Virus record (IMG/VR): IMGVR_UViG_3300021197_001731 | Source of the DNA: an uncultured virus (IMG/VR IMGVR_UViG_3300021197_001731) | Taxonomy: Duplodnaviria > Heunggongvirae > Uroviricota > Caudoviricetes | Reading direction: 5' to 3' (one strand) | Length of the DNA stretch: 64,000 bases | In this document: positions 28,845 through 39,197 of the stretch, in pieces | Numbering within the stretch: position 1 is the first letter of the stretch | Layout of the letters: every line of letters starts with the position of its first letter | Notes under the pieces: generated by a model | Seen by the model: only the letters and a program-made list of their open reading frames with translations | What the model was told of the DNA's origin: nothing | Database searches by the model: none | Program-made: the position numbers and the translations under genes

Positions 28845-29063
28845 CTAAAGTTTTCCAGAAACTACAGAACTATGAGGTACTGAAGTGTATCCGTCAAACT
28901 CACCCTTGAGGACGGGGATGTGGATATTTTCTGTGACCCATCGGCAGCCTTCTTCTGTTGGTCCAGTGACCATGCGGTCACCAGACTTAAGGACAGAAGT
29001 ATAAAGGCCAAACCTTGACTTTTCGATTGAAAACTCATATGTTTCCTTAGCTTTTCTAGGCAT
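28845..29063 (-). CDS. Hypothetical protein
   Basis: 72-aa ORF ending VVSGKL. Confidence 0.6.
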   Translation of the reverse strand: MPRKAKETYEFSIEKSRFGLYTSVLKSGDRMVTGPTEEGCRWVTENIHIPVLKGEFDGYTSVPHSSVVSGKL

Positions 29064-29137
29064 GTGTATATTTAAGCTCTGTCTAGTTTAGTAAGAAATG
29101 CAAAAAAGTGGCCCTCATTAGAGGACCACATTGATCA

Positions 29138-29557
29138 TTAAGCTACAGGTTCGAGAGCAGGAGCTTCGTCAACAACGACGTCACCTTCGTCTTCTTTCTT
29201 GAGAGGACCGTAGCCACCACTCAAAACAACAGCGTTGCTAAGTTTGAGCTCAGGGCGACGGCGGAATGCAGAAGTACCAGTCTTTTTGTCAACGTAGGTT
29301 TCAGAGAAACCAGACACGTGACCAGTGACGGTGATACGACGTCCAGGGACCAACTTGCCTTTTTTAAAATCAGCAAGCAACCCGTTGTTACTATTGATTT
29401 TGATGGAGACTGCTTCTGCATCATTGATAAGCTCAGAGAGCACAGTCAAGGAGAGAAACTCTCCATACTGACCGTCAACTACTTCAGCAAATGACACTCG
29501 ACCAGTGATGGTAAGAGCATTGAACTGAGCGAAGGTACGGTCGTAGGAAGTTGTCAT
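29138..29557 (-). CDS. SSB-like OB-fold protein (second copy)
   Basis: NALTITGRV...L..GRRITVTGHV and an acidic tail. Confidence 0.6.
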   Translation of the reverse strand: MTTSYDRTFAQFNALTITGRVSFAEVVDGQYGEFLSLTVLSELINDAEAVSIKINSNNGLLADFKKGKLVPGRRITVTGHVSGFSETYVDKKTGTSAFRRRPELKLSNAVVLSGGYGPLKKEDEGDVVVDEAPALEPVA

Positions 29558-29617
29558 GAGAAAGAACTCATATAAAGAACACGAGAAAAAAGAGGACCCA
29601 TTAGGGTCCGTAGGTTG

Positions 29618-30013
29618 TTACTCACAACAAGGTGTGGGTATGACAGTGAAGTCGTCATCGCAGACACCGACTGTTGTCAGGATGTTCATGATTGCCTGGA
29701 ACTTTCCGGCATCTTTTGCCCATCCGATTGCAGTAGTTGTTTGACCATCTTCAACAAGACGTTCAGCAGCTTTTGTGTGCCATTCCATAAGGCTATGGAT
29801 GATCTCACAGGCAGCAAGCTTGTGCACAATGGGGTGATTGATCTCGTCAGTCATCTCAGAGAGCTTGTCACGGACAACTTCTGAGACTTGGTCTGCAGTA
29901 TGTCCGGCATAAGAAGCGCCTGCTTCTTTATCTACGGGCTCTACTTCTTGTTGAGCTGTGATCATCAAATCTGCAAGATCTTCGAAAGAGATGCTGTCAG
30001 GTGTAGCAGACAT
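29618..30013 (-). CDS. Hypothetical protein
   Basis: 131-aa ORF bracketed by two hairpin elements. Confidence 0.65.
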   Translation of the reverse strand: MSATPDSISFEDLADLMITAQQEVEPVDKEAGASYAGHTADQVSEVVRDKLSEMTDEINHPIVHKLAACEIIHSLMEWHTKAAERLVEDGQTTTAIGWAKDAGKFQAIMNILTTVGVCDDDFTVIPTPCCE

Positions 30014-30200
30014 ATTTTATGCGTAAAGAACATTAGAAACTCAAGGACCCATTAGGGTCCAAAGTTCTATCTGTGAGCTACTTGCTTAGCAATACGGATG
30101 TATTGTTTGCGCTTGTTAGCAAGATAATTAGCCACAATGATGTTCATAATCTTTATGTATAGGACATAAGCGAAAAAAGCCCCCGTGAGGGGGCATAGGT

Positions 30201-30446
30201 TCAAACTTCTGCTAAAAAGGCACCAAAGTCGTGTAGTTTCTCGCCACAGATGGCAAGGACTAATCCGACATTGTTTACGCCTTTACGGCAGCGTTGTCCG
30301 ACATCATTCCAATCAATTGATTTAACAGCAGATACTGCGTCATCAATTGGAGGAAATGCGGGTGTCTTACTTGCATAAGCACGTTCTTCAGCAATATCAA
30401 AAGACTCGTCGAGACTTACTGCATTTGCTGTTGAGATAATAGTCAT
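30201..30446 (-). CDS. Hypothetical protein
   Basis: 81-aa ORF bracketed by hairpin elements. Confidence 0.6.
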   Translation of the reverse strand: MTIISTANAVSLDESFDIAEERAYASKTPAFPPIDDAVSAVKSIDWNDVGQRCRKGVNNVGLVLAICGEKLHDFGAFLAEV

Positions 30447-31254
30447 TGATAATTATCAAAGGACAACAGCGGTAAAAGGCCCCATTAGGGGCCTCGTGAT
30501 CTTAGTGATGAGGTCGGCGGCATAGCCACTCATCTGATTCCATCATCGCTTCACGGATGATGTATGCACGACGTGCCCGTTCTTCGGAAAGCTCTTGATA
30601 TTCAAGAGTACCGGGGAAGTCATGCGGATCCAGAGGTAATTCAGTCATACCTATATTGTTATGGACAATAGAGTCAAAACCCCCCATTAGGGGGGTCTTA
30701 TGTGTTACTCAGACGAGCGCAGCACAGAAGTGTGCATGCTCAGCGTCAGAAATGAAATCACCGATTGCTTCGTTGACAAGAGGTACAGAACCATCGTTTA
30801 GATAGGCGTACTCCTCTTCTTTCGTGAGGTAGCTGAAGGCGTCTTCGTTCTGAGCAACTACAAGACTGATGCCAGGTACCAGTGTGTCACTGATGATCTG
30901 GAAGTCGAAAGTAGTCGCCATAAAGACAGAACTGATGAAGAACATCAATTCTTAGAGGACCCATTAGGGTCCTAGGCTGTCCATTCTTCGGAAGCTTCAG
31001 GCAACAAATCGTGCTCTATTTGGAGCTCGTTGATTGTTTCCTTAAGCTGATCGGCAGCACGTTCATATGCGAGTAGTCTCTTTTGTAGGACAGCGATTTC
31101 ATCCGCTGCTTGTTTCTGTCTGAGCTCTGCATATTTGGCATCTGAGATGACATAGACATCTCCGCCAAAGGGGATTTGAGCCATATCGTTTATCAAATGA
31201 AAGGGTGAGAGGTTATAGAAGGACATCCTGCTTCTTTATATATACCGGACTTTA

Positions 31255-31521
31255 CTAAGATAGACTGTCCAGGTCTCTACGTTGGTGAGTAGAACCGTCC
31301 TGGTTCTTGGTAATTTCCCGAACCATGTCGTCGTAGAAGTCGTCGCCAAACTGTCGTCGAATCTTCTTCTCTAAGTCTTCTCCACCAAGTACAGATACAT
31401 CGTTATAGATGATCTGATGAAGGTAGGATAGTGCCTTATGGTGAGACATACTTTCCACTACAGCGGAAGCATATTCTTCCTTAGCTCTCATGAGCTCTCG
31501 TCCTGTTAATGCAGTCATCAC
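31255..31521 (-). CDS. Hypothetical protein
   Basis: 88-aa ORF. Confidence 0.55.
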   Translation of the reverse strand: MMTALTGRELMRAKEEYASAVVESMSHHKALSYLHQIIYNDVSVLGGEDLEKKIRRQFGDDFYDDMVREITKNQDGSTHQRRDLDSLS

Positions 31522-31953
31522 TGATATCGTCCGTTAGATGTACGGTTGCGCTTGAAGCTATAAGTTGCAACTGTAGCTGTAGCAAACAGTCCCAACATTC
31601 CAATGATAGCCAGGATGATTGTAGATGAGTCGTATGTAATCATTAGATGATGATATAAAGAACATGTATAAATAGACCACCCATTAGGGTGGATATTCTT
31701 ATGGTGTAACGACTGCTATATCCTCCTTAGGGAAGATGAATGGCAGTAGAACCATAGGGAATGCTAGCACTTCTATGTGGAGACCCACGGTAATTGCTGC
31801 ATAGATTGGTAGTAGAACTTTCATACTCTGTGTATAGATAACACAGAAGAAAAGAGAGCTTGTTAATGCTCTAGTTCACGGTATGAGTATCGTCTTAATT
31901 ATTTCTTAATAAGCCTAATATAATACAATGAGGGTACTGATAGTTACATAGTA

Positions 31954-32358
31954 ATGCGTAGAACTCCCGCCTATCGAATGGCAGCATCACAGCCAGTGAT
32001 AGATGATATTATCGACATGGAGCAGGTACAGCCAGGCATACTGTCGCAACTGTTGGAAAAGATCCGCGAGATTGACGACAAATATGCAAGGGGAGTACGT
32101 GACAGGGTAATGGTAGATAGTCCCCAAGGTAATGTTGACACTATGAGAAACACTGTGGGAGCAGTGATAGGTACACCATTGGGACATGGACTACCGGAAG
32201 TCGTAGGTGATCCACGGATGATTGATCAGATAGCAAGGTATGCAGTACCTGCTGCTTCTGCAGGAGTGAGGTATGGAATCCCACTAGCAGCAGCAAGCAC
32301 ATTGGCAGATGCAACCGGTGACTTTTACGATTACATCAGTGAGTACGGCGAAGCATGA
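31954..32358 (+). CDS. Hypothetical protein, antisense within the early array
   Basis: 134 aa; TACAAT at 31924 upstream; contains the RMAA motif. Confidence 0.65.
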   Translation: MRRTPAYRMAASQPVIDDIIDMEQVQPGILSQLLEKIREIDDKYARGVRDRVMVDSPQGNVDTMRNTVGAVIGTPLGHGLPEVVGDPRMIDQIARYAVPAASAGVRYGIPLAAASTLADATGDFYDYISEYGEA

Positions 32359-33361
32359 CTAAAAAACCCCCCGTAAGGGGGGAAGTAAGCTCAAGCCGCA
32401 GAGGCGGAGGGAGCAGAAGTGTCAGAGCCTTTGGCGTCTGCGTTGGCATTCATGTTATTGATAGCCTTCTTAGCTGAGTAGAAGGAACCACCGAATGCGA
32501 TGCTATCGATGCCACCATCAGCGTGTACTACGCCAATGTCAAAGACGTCGTAGTCGAAATTCTGAGTGTCCGTAGGAACACGGTCGAATAGACGGAGAGA
32601 CAGGTCAGTACCAGGAATGCGAATCATAGATTTGTATGTATAGAACAATGCCGTATAGGCAAGAAGAAATAGAGAGCGCGTTAGCGCTCATCAGTTGTGT
32701 GCTCTGAGGCTATGCATCGAGAGCTGTCACCCAGTACTTGTACCAAGGCCAGTCACGTTGATAACGTTGACGCAGAGCTGATGCTCTTTCATATGACATT
32801 GGAGGGTAGGTCATAGCTGAGACTTGACCGTTACGCTCAACGAGTAGTTGATACATGAGTGAGATATATAGAGAACACGAAGAAATAACCCCCGCGTTAG
32901 CAGGGGAACTGTGTTTAGAAAGGGATTTCATCGAACTCAGCTTTCTCCATAGGCTGATCCAGGAAGAGTGGGTACTCTTCATCAGGAGCATTACAGTCAT
33001 AGTTGTAGACAACGCCAACGTAGTTGCCGTTCTCGTCTATGTACGTGTAGCCAGTGTTACCAAACTGTTGAAGGAAGATCATGATGTAATTATGAGAAGA
33101 ACACAGTGAAATAGACCACCCATTTGGGTGGCCATTGTTGTTAGAAGATAAGGTTGTTAATTTGCTGTGATGAGGGGACATAGTCGAGACGAACGTCGTC
33201 CCAGTCCTCGAAGGACTTAGCAAATGACTTAGCTTCTTGATACGAGTCAAAGCATTCACGTACAGCGTTGAAGCTGTCGTAACCGCTGATCTCGTAGAAG
33301 GTGACTGTGTACATCTGAATGATGTAAAGAACACTCACAGGCACAGAGCGCGTTAGCGCTC

Positions 33362-34069
33362 AATAACCCTCACGAGTTCCCTTCGTGGTAGGTGTGGTAG
33401 GTTCACACAACACATAGGCCGAGAGACATCTAATGTTACGCACAAGTTCTAACGTAAGTTATGAACGACAGTTAGACAACTGAAGTAACTGGTGCTTACA
33501 AATGTGAACGCAAGACAAGAACGAACACAACACAATAGTTAACATAATATGTTGAACTAAAGATATTGTGTGAGTTCTACTTGCGTGAACAGAAGAATAA
33601 ACGTGAGCTCAATTGCGTAAGCAATTACGAGCGAGCAACAGTAGTAATGAGCGAGCGAAGCGAGCGGGTGAAACCTTGTGCTCTACTAGTTTATTTTTTT
33701 TGTTCCACCGGCCGATCGGGAACAGAGGGTATTAAACATGTCTAAAATTTTGTACCATTTTTAGCCGCCTATAGAGGGTTTTCCCTGCCGATGTATAGAT
33801 AGACTTTATATTTTAGTTTTCCACAATCACTACAACTACGTTGTATGGCTGTGTGACGTATTGACAAATTACTGAAAAGTCTGCCTGATTCTGCCTGTTT
33901 TAGAGTCGAGCAGCAAAGCTACACAAACTACCGTAGTTTTCTATATACCTTCTTTTTAATCCCTAGCCCTCTCTCCTCCTATGTAATTTATTCAGAAAGG
34001 GTTAGATAGGACCGTAGCTAGCGTAGTTTTGTAGTTTGTAGAATAGTTAAAGCGTTTAAAGATGATGAG
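33362..34069. other. Non-coding divergence region (candidate genome end/packaging/origin region)
   Basis: About 700 bp without an ORF between the divergent arms, with inverted repeats and CTAC/GTAG repeats. Confidence 0.55.
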
Positions 34070-35338
34070 ATGGATCCCCGTAACTCAATAGTGCCAGCAG
34101 TGCAGAAAATAACCACTAATTTACGTGTACCTGGCGGAATACCTGGTGCAGGCATTGCAATGTTTGGGGCTCGCGGTGGGAACTTCGGTTTAATAGATAA
34201 ACCAATTGACAGACTTACGGGAGAGATTGTAAGAGGTGCTATGACAATACTTGGAAAAGATACAAAAGACTTTAGTAGATATTTAAATGGTGAAGCTGTT
34301 GTACGAAATATTGGTGGTACGTCCTATAACATTTCTACACCCGAAGGACAGCGTGGATATAAAAAAGCTATGGAAGCTGGTAAAAAAACATCTGTACCAC
34401 AAGAGCGTGGTCGGATAGAAACGGAAAGAGAGAACATCAATAAGGTTCGACAAAAGGGTACTGCTCTAAGTCCTATGGCGGGAGCAAACCAGATGCTCGA
34501 AAACCTAGAAGTAACTACTCAGAGGTATGGCAAATTTCAAAGTAACGACCTGCCTGGTTCTAACTATTCTCCAGAAGTGGAAAAAGCCTTATCAAAAATC
34601 TATGACTCAGAAACATTACATAGGTTTGATGGCGATGCAAACGATATTAAGTTGTCAGAGGATTTGTTTATTGATAGAAGTGGCGTGGAAGGTGAAGGAT
34701 CTTTCTACGCAGACGACCTAAATTATGATGACCTTAACTCTATAGACACGATGATGGGCGAAGGTTCTCCATTTTTAGTGCGAAATGGCGGCATTTCTAC
34801 GACAAGTCAAGTAAATCCGCAAAATAAAAACGGAACACGTGCACGATATGACCAAGAATTCTTGAACAGTGGTAAAAATAGCCAGGCTGGCCTTCGAGCT
34901 GCTGATGCATCAAAGGGATTACTCTATGCATCTGGTCAATACTGGCGTGAAAACCCTAATGCTGGACAGGATGGGGAAAAAGATTTTCTAAAAATTGATA
35001 AAGATGAATATAAGGCTATTAAAAATAGTGATATGGGAGCTCAAGACTTTCTATCAAGCAAGTTGGAGCAAACAAAACAAACATTCAAGCCAGATCTCAC
35101 TGGTCAAAGTGATAGTGTCAGAGATGCAGTCGGATTAACTGCTGATCCTTACAGATTTACTACAGAAGGACCAGTTGATGAACGTTCAGCAAGATATGGT
35201 GAAAGTATTGTAGGCAATATAGATGAAGTCGAAGCTGAATTGCCATACACAACTACTCCACCCAAAGTAATTACTCAAAAATATTTTGATGATCTAGATG
35301 CAGGCAAGTTAACAGGACGTAATCCACTTTTTAGATAA
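34070..35338 (+). CDS. Hypothetical (putative internal virion) protein
   Basis: 422-aa ORF, first gene of the plus-strand arm. Confidence 0.65.
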   Translation: MDPRNSIVPAVQKITTNLRVPGGIPGAGIAMFGARGGNFGLIDKPIDRLTGEIVRGAMTILGKDTKDFSRYLNGEAVVRNIGGTSYNISTPEGQRGYKKAMEAGKKTSVPQERGRIETERENINKVRQKGTALSPMAGANQMLENLEVTTQRYGKFQSNDLPGSNYSPEVEKALSKIYDSETLHRFDGDANDIKLSEDLFIDRSGVEGEGSFYADDLNYDDLNSIDTMMGEGSPFLVRNGGISTTSQVNPQNKNGTRARYDQEFLNSGKNSQAGLRAADASKGLLYASGQYWRENPNAGQDGEKDFLKIDKDEYKAIKNSDMGAQDFLSSKLEQTKQTFKPDLTGQSDSVRDAVGLTADPYRFTTEGPVDERSARYGESIVGNIDEVEAELPYTTTPPKVITQKYFDDLDAGKLTGRNPLFR

Positions 35339-35379
35339 TAAAAACTATCTACAATAACAATAGGTTTGTAGATAGTATT

Positions 35380-38247
35380 GTGAGCACACTTGAATTTAAT
35401 GGTGGTCTTAATAATCGCCGTATTGTTACTACTGGGAACATCACTGCTAGTAATGATCCGGCTCAATTAAAGCATGATCTAAATGAACAACTGATCAAAG
35501 GTGCTGAGGTGCTTGCTGCAGGTGATCTTCTCGGAATGCCTAAGGATGAGGCTATGGAGAAGTATAGAGAGAAGCAAAGAGAGGAATATCTACAAAAGAC
35601 GATGGGACGAGAGGCATATCTGAAATATAAGGGGAAAGATTTCGCCGTTAACGTAGAGGATGACGACCTTGTACGTGATTCAAGGAATTATGAGCGTGGA
35701 TTCCAAAAGGAAATGCCACAACGTGAGGCAGATGTATTTTCAGATGCAGAATTTGGTACGAATGAAGCAGATCTCCAGCAAGTAAGTTCAGATCGTGTTG
35801 AAAGTATCCAACAACAGGACCAATCCGGGTTAGGTCGGTCAGATCGTGTCGATAAGAAGTTCCGTGGAGCGCGAAGAGACAATCTACCTTACAAAGTCAA
35901 TGTCAATCTGGATGATTCATTTGAATTAGACGGAACACCGCGTGGATTCGTTAGTGGTCAAGCTCAACCAGGACAAATTGTCCCAAGAGGGCTGCGTGAA
36001 GCTGCAATTTTGCAGGATGCAGAGCTGACAGACCAAAAACGCTCTCTGCCTATGTATCAGTCATACAGAAACCGACCAAGCAGGCGTAATTTTGGAACAG
36101 TATTGAAAGATGCTAATGATGACGTAGTAAAAGAGCGATTATCACGGGTTAAGCGTGCTCGATCTGCTGGTCAGACACTAAATCCTGAAGACATCATCTC
36201 AGTAGATAAATTTGATACGGCAAGGCGAGGTCGCGAGCGTGGAATCGGTAATGACGGTCCTGAAGAGATGCGTCGTGTCCGCAATACTCCGTCTCGTGCA
36301 CAGATTGGACCGGGCAGTGCTTATAACCGTCTAGTAAAGGGAATTGAGAACGGAACAGTCGCACCGACTGAAGAAAACTTCCGTTTATTGGATCGGATGC
36401 TTGAATCTGCTGATCCACAGTCAGCTGCACGTAATACAAGAATCCGTGGTTGGAAATTAGTACAAGAATCACGTCCTGTTGGTATTGAGTCTTCTGAGCG
36501 ACAGGCACGCAGTCGCAAACAGGCTGAACAAGATGTTGTACGTAATTTAATTGCAAGTCAGGGCAGTACTCCTGAAATGATTGGTGAAACAGTCATGTCC
36601 GATGAAGCATGGAAGGCTAAAGCACAAAAAGTAATCCCATCACTGCCTGTTCGATCCCAAGCTGACAACATCAGTGGCAATCCTGTTTACCAGATGGTGA
36701 ATCAGTCTGGTCAAGTAGTTGGACACAGTGATGGTACGAGTTTCCTAGGTGAAGTGAATGATCCAACCAATTCACAGATGCTGAATGCTCCGACACCAGC
36801 AGATAAAAGTTTGATGAGCTTTATTACTGAGAATTTGAATCCAGATTCAAAAGGTGGCGACTTTGATGTCAATATTGGACAAGCTACAACTACATTCACT
36901 GATCGTGCACGAGCACTAACAAAAGGAAGGTTTGGAACTGAAGTTCAAACACTGCCACGTGGTATTCGAAGCTTTACTGATGCAAGTCAAGTGATGGGTC
37001 GCATCATTCAAGAAGGTCAAGCACAAGGCACTTCATTCAGTAGAAATAATCCTGATAATCCAACACAACCACTAAAAGTCCCACCAGGTGTAACGCCGAC
37101 AGTTAGTGACTTGATGAGCACTATGAATATTGATACTAAAGAGCAAAAACAATTAGCTAATGCTTTATACATGATGTCATTGGCAGAAGGTCAAGCAGTA
37201 AACCAAGAAGGTAAGCAGCGATATGCAGAACGGCGTGGTTCTTATCAACCTGTGTATCGTCCAAATGCACAACGTGGGAATGTGAATCTTGATTTACGTA
37301 GCCAGGGAATTGCTGCAGTCGATCTGCCTGATCAGAACATTACTTTTGATAGTCCAGCAGGACGTTTTTACGATGGTGCTGAGGTTGCATATCTCCCAAA
37401 TTCCAAACGTCAAGTGATTGATGGTCAAAGTGTATATGTACAAGCAGCTCTTAGAAACCTAGAAGGGAATTTAGATCCTGAAACTCGTGCCCCATTTATT
37501 GGTGCTACAAAAGAAGACGGTGAAGGACGCCAGCAGTATAGAAAAGGTTTTGGTAAAGATGTATCTATTGAAGAAGGATATTCGGCAATGGAAAGAGCAC
37601 GTAATAAAAAAACAGGTAAAAAGTTTGATCAACGAAGAGTAAACCTTGATATCGCTAGAGCACGTGGAGTAGAGGAGCGTACAGAACGAATGTACGAAGA
37701 TCAAATGGTTCGTCAAATCATGCAGGAAGTAGATAGCCGTAAAGCTGATGAACGCTTTAGGCAGGATGTAAATATGAGCTTTGAACGTGAACGTATGGAA
37801 GAGCGAGTTCTTAAGCAGGGACTTGCTGGGGGCAATGCTTTGAACACTGAAATCCAGACAATCAAACCTGCACCTGTACAACGCTCAATTGCTCCTGACC
37901 CCTGGGCACAGCCCGGTCCAGATAGTCAGCCAATGGTTAATGCAGGTGGAGGAATGGGAGGACAACCTCCACGTCGTCCAGTAGCTGCACTGCCTTATGG
38001 ATTCTCAGACGGTAATGAGCAAGGTCCTGATCTAGAACGTAAGCGTGGTCCAGGATATAAAACAACGTTAGGTCCAGGTAATGCACAAGGACGAGTAGAA
38101 CGTCGTCTACGTCAAATGGAGAATATTCGTACCAATCCTAAGTACCAACGTGGACGCCGCATTGCTTATGGAGTTGGAGGTGCTACTGCATTAGGTAGTA
38201 TCCTAGGTATAGGCAATGATGACGAACGTGAGGAGCGTTACCAATGA
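35380..38247 (+). CDS. Large hypothetical (putative internal virion/ejection) protein
   Basis: 955 aa, Cys-free, R/Q/G-rich, with a hydrophobic C-terminal segment. Confidence 0.65.
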   Translation: MSTLEFNGGLNNRRIVTTGNITASNDPAQLKHDLNEQLIKGAEVLAAGDLLGMPKDEAMEKYREKQREEYLQKTMGREAYLKYKGKDFAVNVEDDDLVRDSRNYERGFQKEMPQREADVFSDAEFGTNEADLQQVSSDRVESIQQQDQSGLGRSDRVDKKFRGARRDNLPYKVNVNLDDSFELDGTPRGFVSGQAQPGQIVPRGLREAAILQDAELTDQKRSLPMYQSYRNRPSRRNFGTVLKDANDDVVKERLSRVKRARSAGQTLNPEDIISVDKFDTARRGRERGIGNDGPEEMRRVRNTPSRAQIGPGSAYNRLVKGIENGTVAPTEENFRLLDRMLESADPQSAARNTRIRGWKLVQESRPVGIESSERQARSRKQAEQDVVRNLIASQGSTPEMIGETVMSDEAWKAKAQKVIPSLPVRSQADNISGNPVYQMVNQSGQVVGHSDGTSFLGEVNDPTNSQMLNAPTPADKSLMSFITENLNPDSKGGDFDVNIGQATTTFTDRARALTKGRFGTEVQTLPRGIRSFTDASQVMGRIIQEGQAQGTSFSRNNPDNPTQPLKVPPGVTPTVSDLMSTMNIDTKEQKQLANALYMMSLAEGQAVNQEGKQRYAERRGSYQPVYRPNAQRGNVNLDLRSQGIAAVDLPDQNITFDSPAGRFYDGAEVAYLPNSKRQVIDGQSVYVQAALRNLEGNLDPETRAPFIGATKEDGEGRQQYRKGFGKDVSIEEGYSAMERARNKKTGKKFDQRRVNLDIARARGVEERTERMYEDQMVRQIMQEVDSRKADERFRQDVNMSFERERMEERVLKQGLAGGNALNTEIQTIKPAPVQRSIAPDPWAQPGPDSQPMVNAGGGMGGQPPRRPVAALPYGFSDGNEQGPDLERKRGPGYKTTLGPGNAQGRVERRLRQMENIRTNPKYQRGRRIAYGVGGATALGSILGIGNDDEREERYQ

Positions 38248-38558
38248 AGTTCTCAAGAGAAAACATTAAACAGGGACTATTAAATCAACAAGCCTCTATT
38301 GAAACTCCCGATAGCTTTGCCACGATTGATGGTGCGACAGTTCCTGGACAAAGTATGGAACTTTCAAGTGCGCATCAGCGAATGGCTGGTCAGCAAGGTG
38401 CACGTGCATTAGCAATGATGAATAACCCCGAAGAGCAAGCCCGTACTGAAGGTTGGATGAATATGTTCAGACTAAGTAATCAAGGTGCAGACTTTGATCA
38501 GGCGAGAAAGATGGCTATGGCACCACCACCACCACCTGGAAGTGAAGGTATGACTTAA
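38244..38558 (+). CDS. Hypothetical protein
   Basis: 104-aa coupled ORF containing RMAG. Confidence 0.6.
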   Translation: MKFSRENIKQGLLNQQASIETPDSFATIDGATVPGQSMELSSAHQRMAGQQGARALAMMNNPEEQARTEGWMNMFRLSNQGADFDQARKMAMAPPPPPGSEGMT

Positions 38559-38615
38559 GACAAATATTCAACCAAGCTAAAATAAATAAGAGATTAAAAT
38601 TACTGCCAAAATAAT

Positions 38616-39197
38616 ATGTCACTATCACTATTAGCCAGGGCAGCAGGTTTAGCTAAAGGCTTAGTCTTCGGAGCAAAAGGTGTAAAGGGTGCTCAAGCGG
38701 CTCAAGCTGCAGCTCGTGGATTGAAGTATCGCAATATGGCTGGTCAAGCGTTAGTTGATTACATGGGTAATGATCCGAATATGAATATGGCCACTAAAGT
38801 TGCGGTCAATTTTGGACCTGATATTTTCTTTGGTGGTGTACAAGGTGCAATGACACCAGGTGATCTAGGAGACAAATTAATTGCAGGTGTATCAACAGGT
38901 GTAGGCGGTGCACTAGGTGGTGTAGGTGCTGTATCCGCATTAGGTAAATATAAAAACAATCCTGGCCTAAGGATGATGGCTGAATTCGGAGGAGGTTATG
39001 GAGGAGATATGCTTGGACAAATGGGTGGCGATGTGGCGCTAAGAGCCAAAGGTGGCGGCACCACACCATGGGAAAAGTTGCAGCAAAGTAGTGATCAAGA
39101 ATATCGAGCAATGCTTGAAAGAGAGATGCTTGCTCAGTACGGCATTGGCGGATATAACACTTTAGATCCATTCCTTAGTCAGAACGGGTTAGGGTAA
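38616..39197 (+). CDS. Gly-rich putative membrane-interacting virion protein
   Basis: Glycine-zipper-like GxxxG helices. Confidence 0.6.
   Translation: MSLSLLARAAGLAKGLVFGAKGVKGAQAAQAAARGLKYRNMAGQALVDYMGNDPNMNMATKVAVNFGPDIFFGGVQGAMTPGDLGDKLIAGVSTGVGGALGGVGAVSALGKYKNNPGLRMMAEFGGGYGGDMLGQMGGDVALRAKGGGTTPWEKLQQSSDQEYRAMLEREMLAQYGIGGYNTLDPFLSQNGLG

Larger units (their letters stand above)
29577..33361 (-). repeat. Array of small early-type genes, most preceded by a hairpin-plus-pentamer element
   Basis: Elements begin at 29577, 30028, 30162, 30461, 30663, 30940, 31660, 31839, 32657, 32873, 33099 and 33329. They separate ORFs such as 29618-30013, 30201-30446, 30709-30921 and 32391-32627. Confidence 0.85.

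Noticed and set aside
29108..29129. Hairpins at 29108 and 32367 with ATTA/GTAA loops
   Set aside because: They lack the pentamer at 18 nt and are followed by T-tracts on the minus strand, so they are treated as terminators or decayed elements.
29577..33361. Hairpin array as a CRISPR array or integron
   Set aside because: Spacers are 130-800 bp protein-coding genes, repeats vary in sequence, and there are no cas genes, no integrase and no attC RYYYAAC/GTTRRRY ends.
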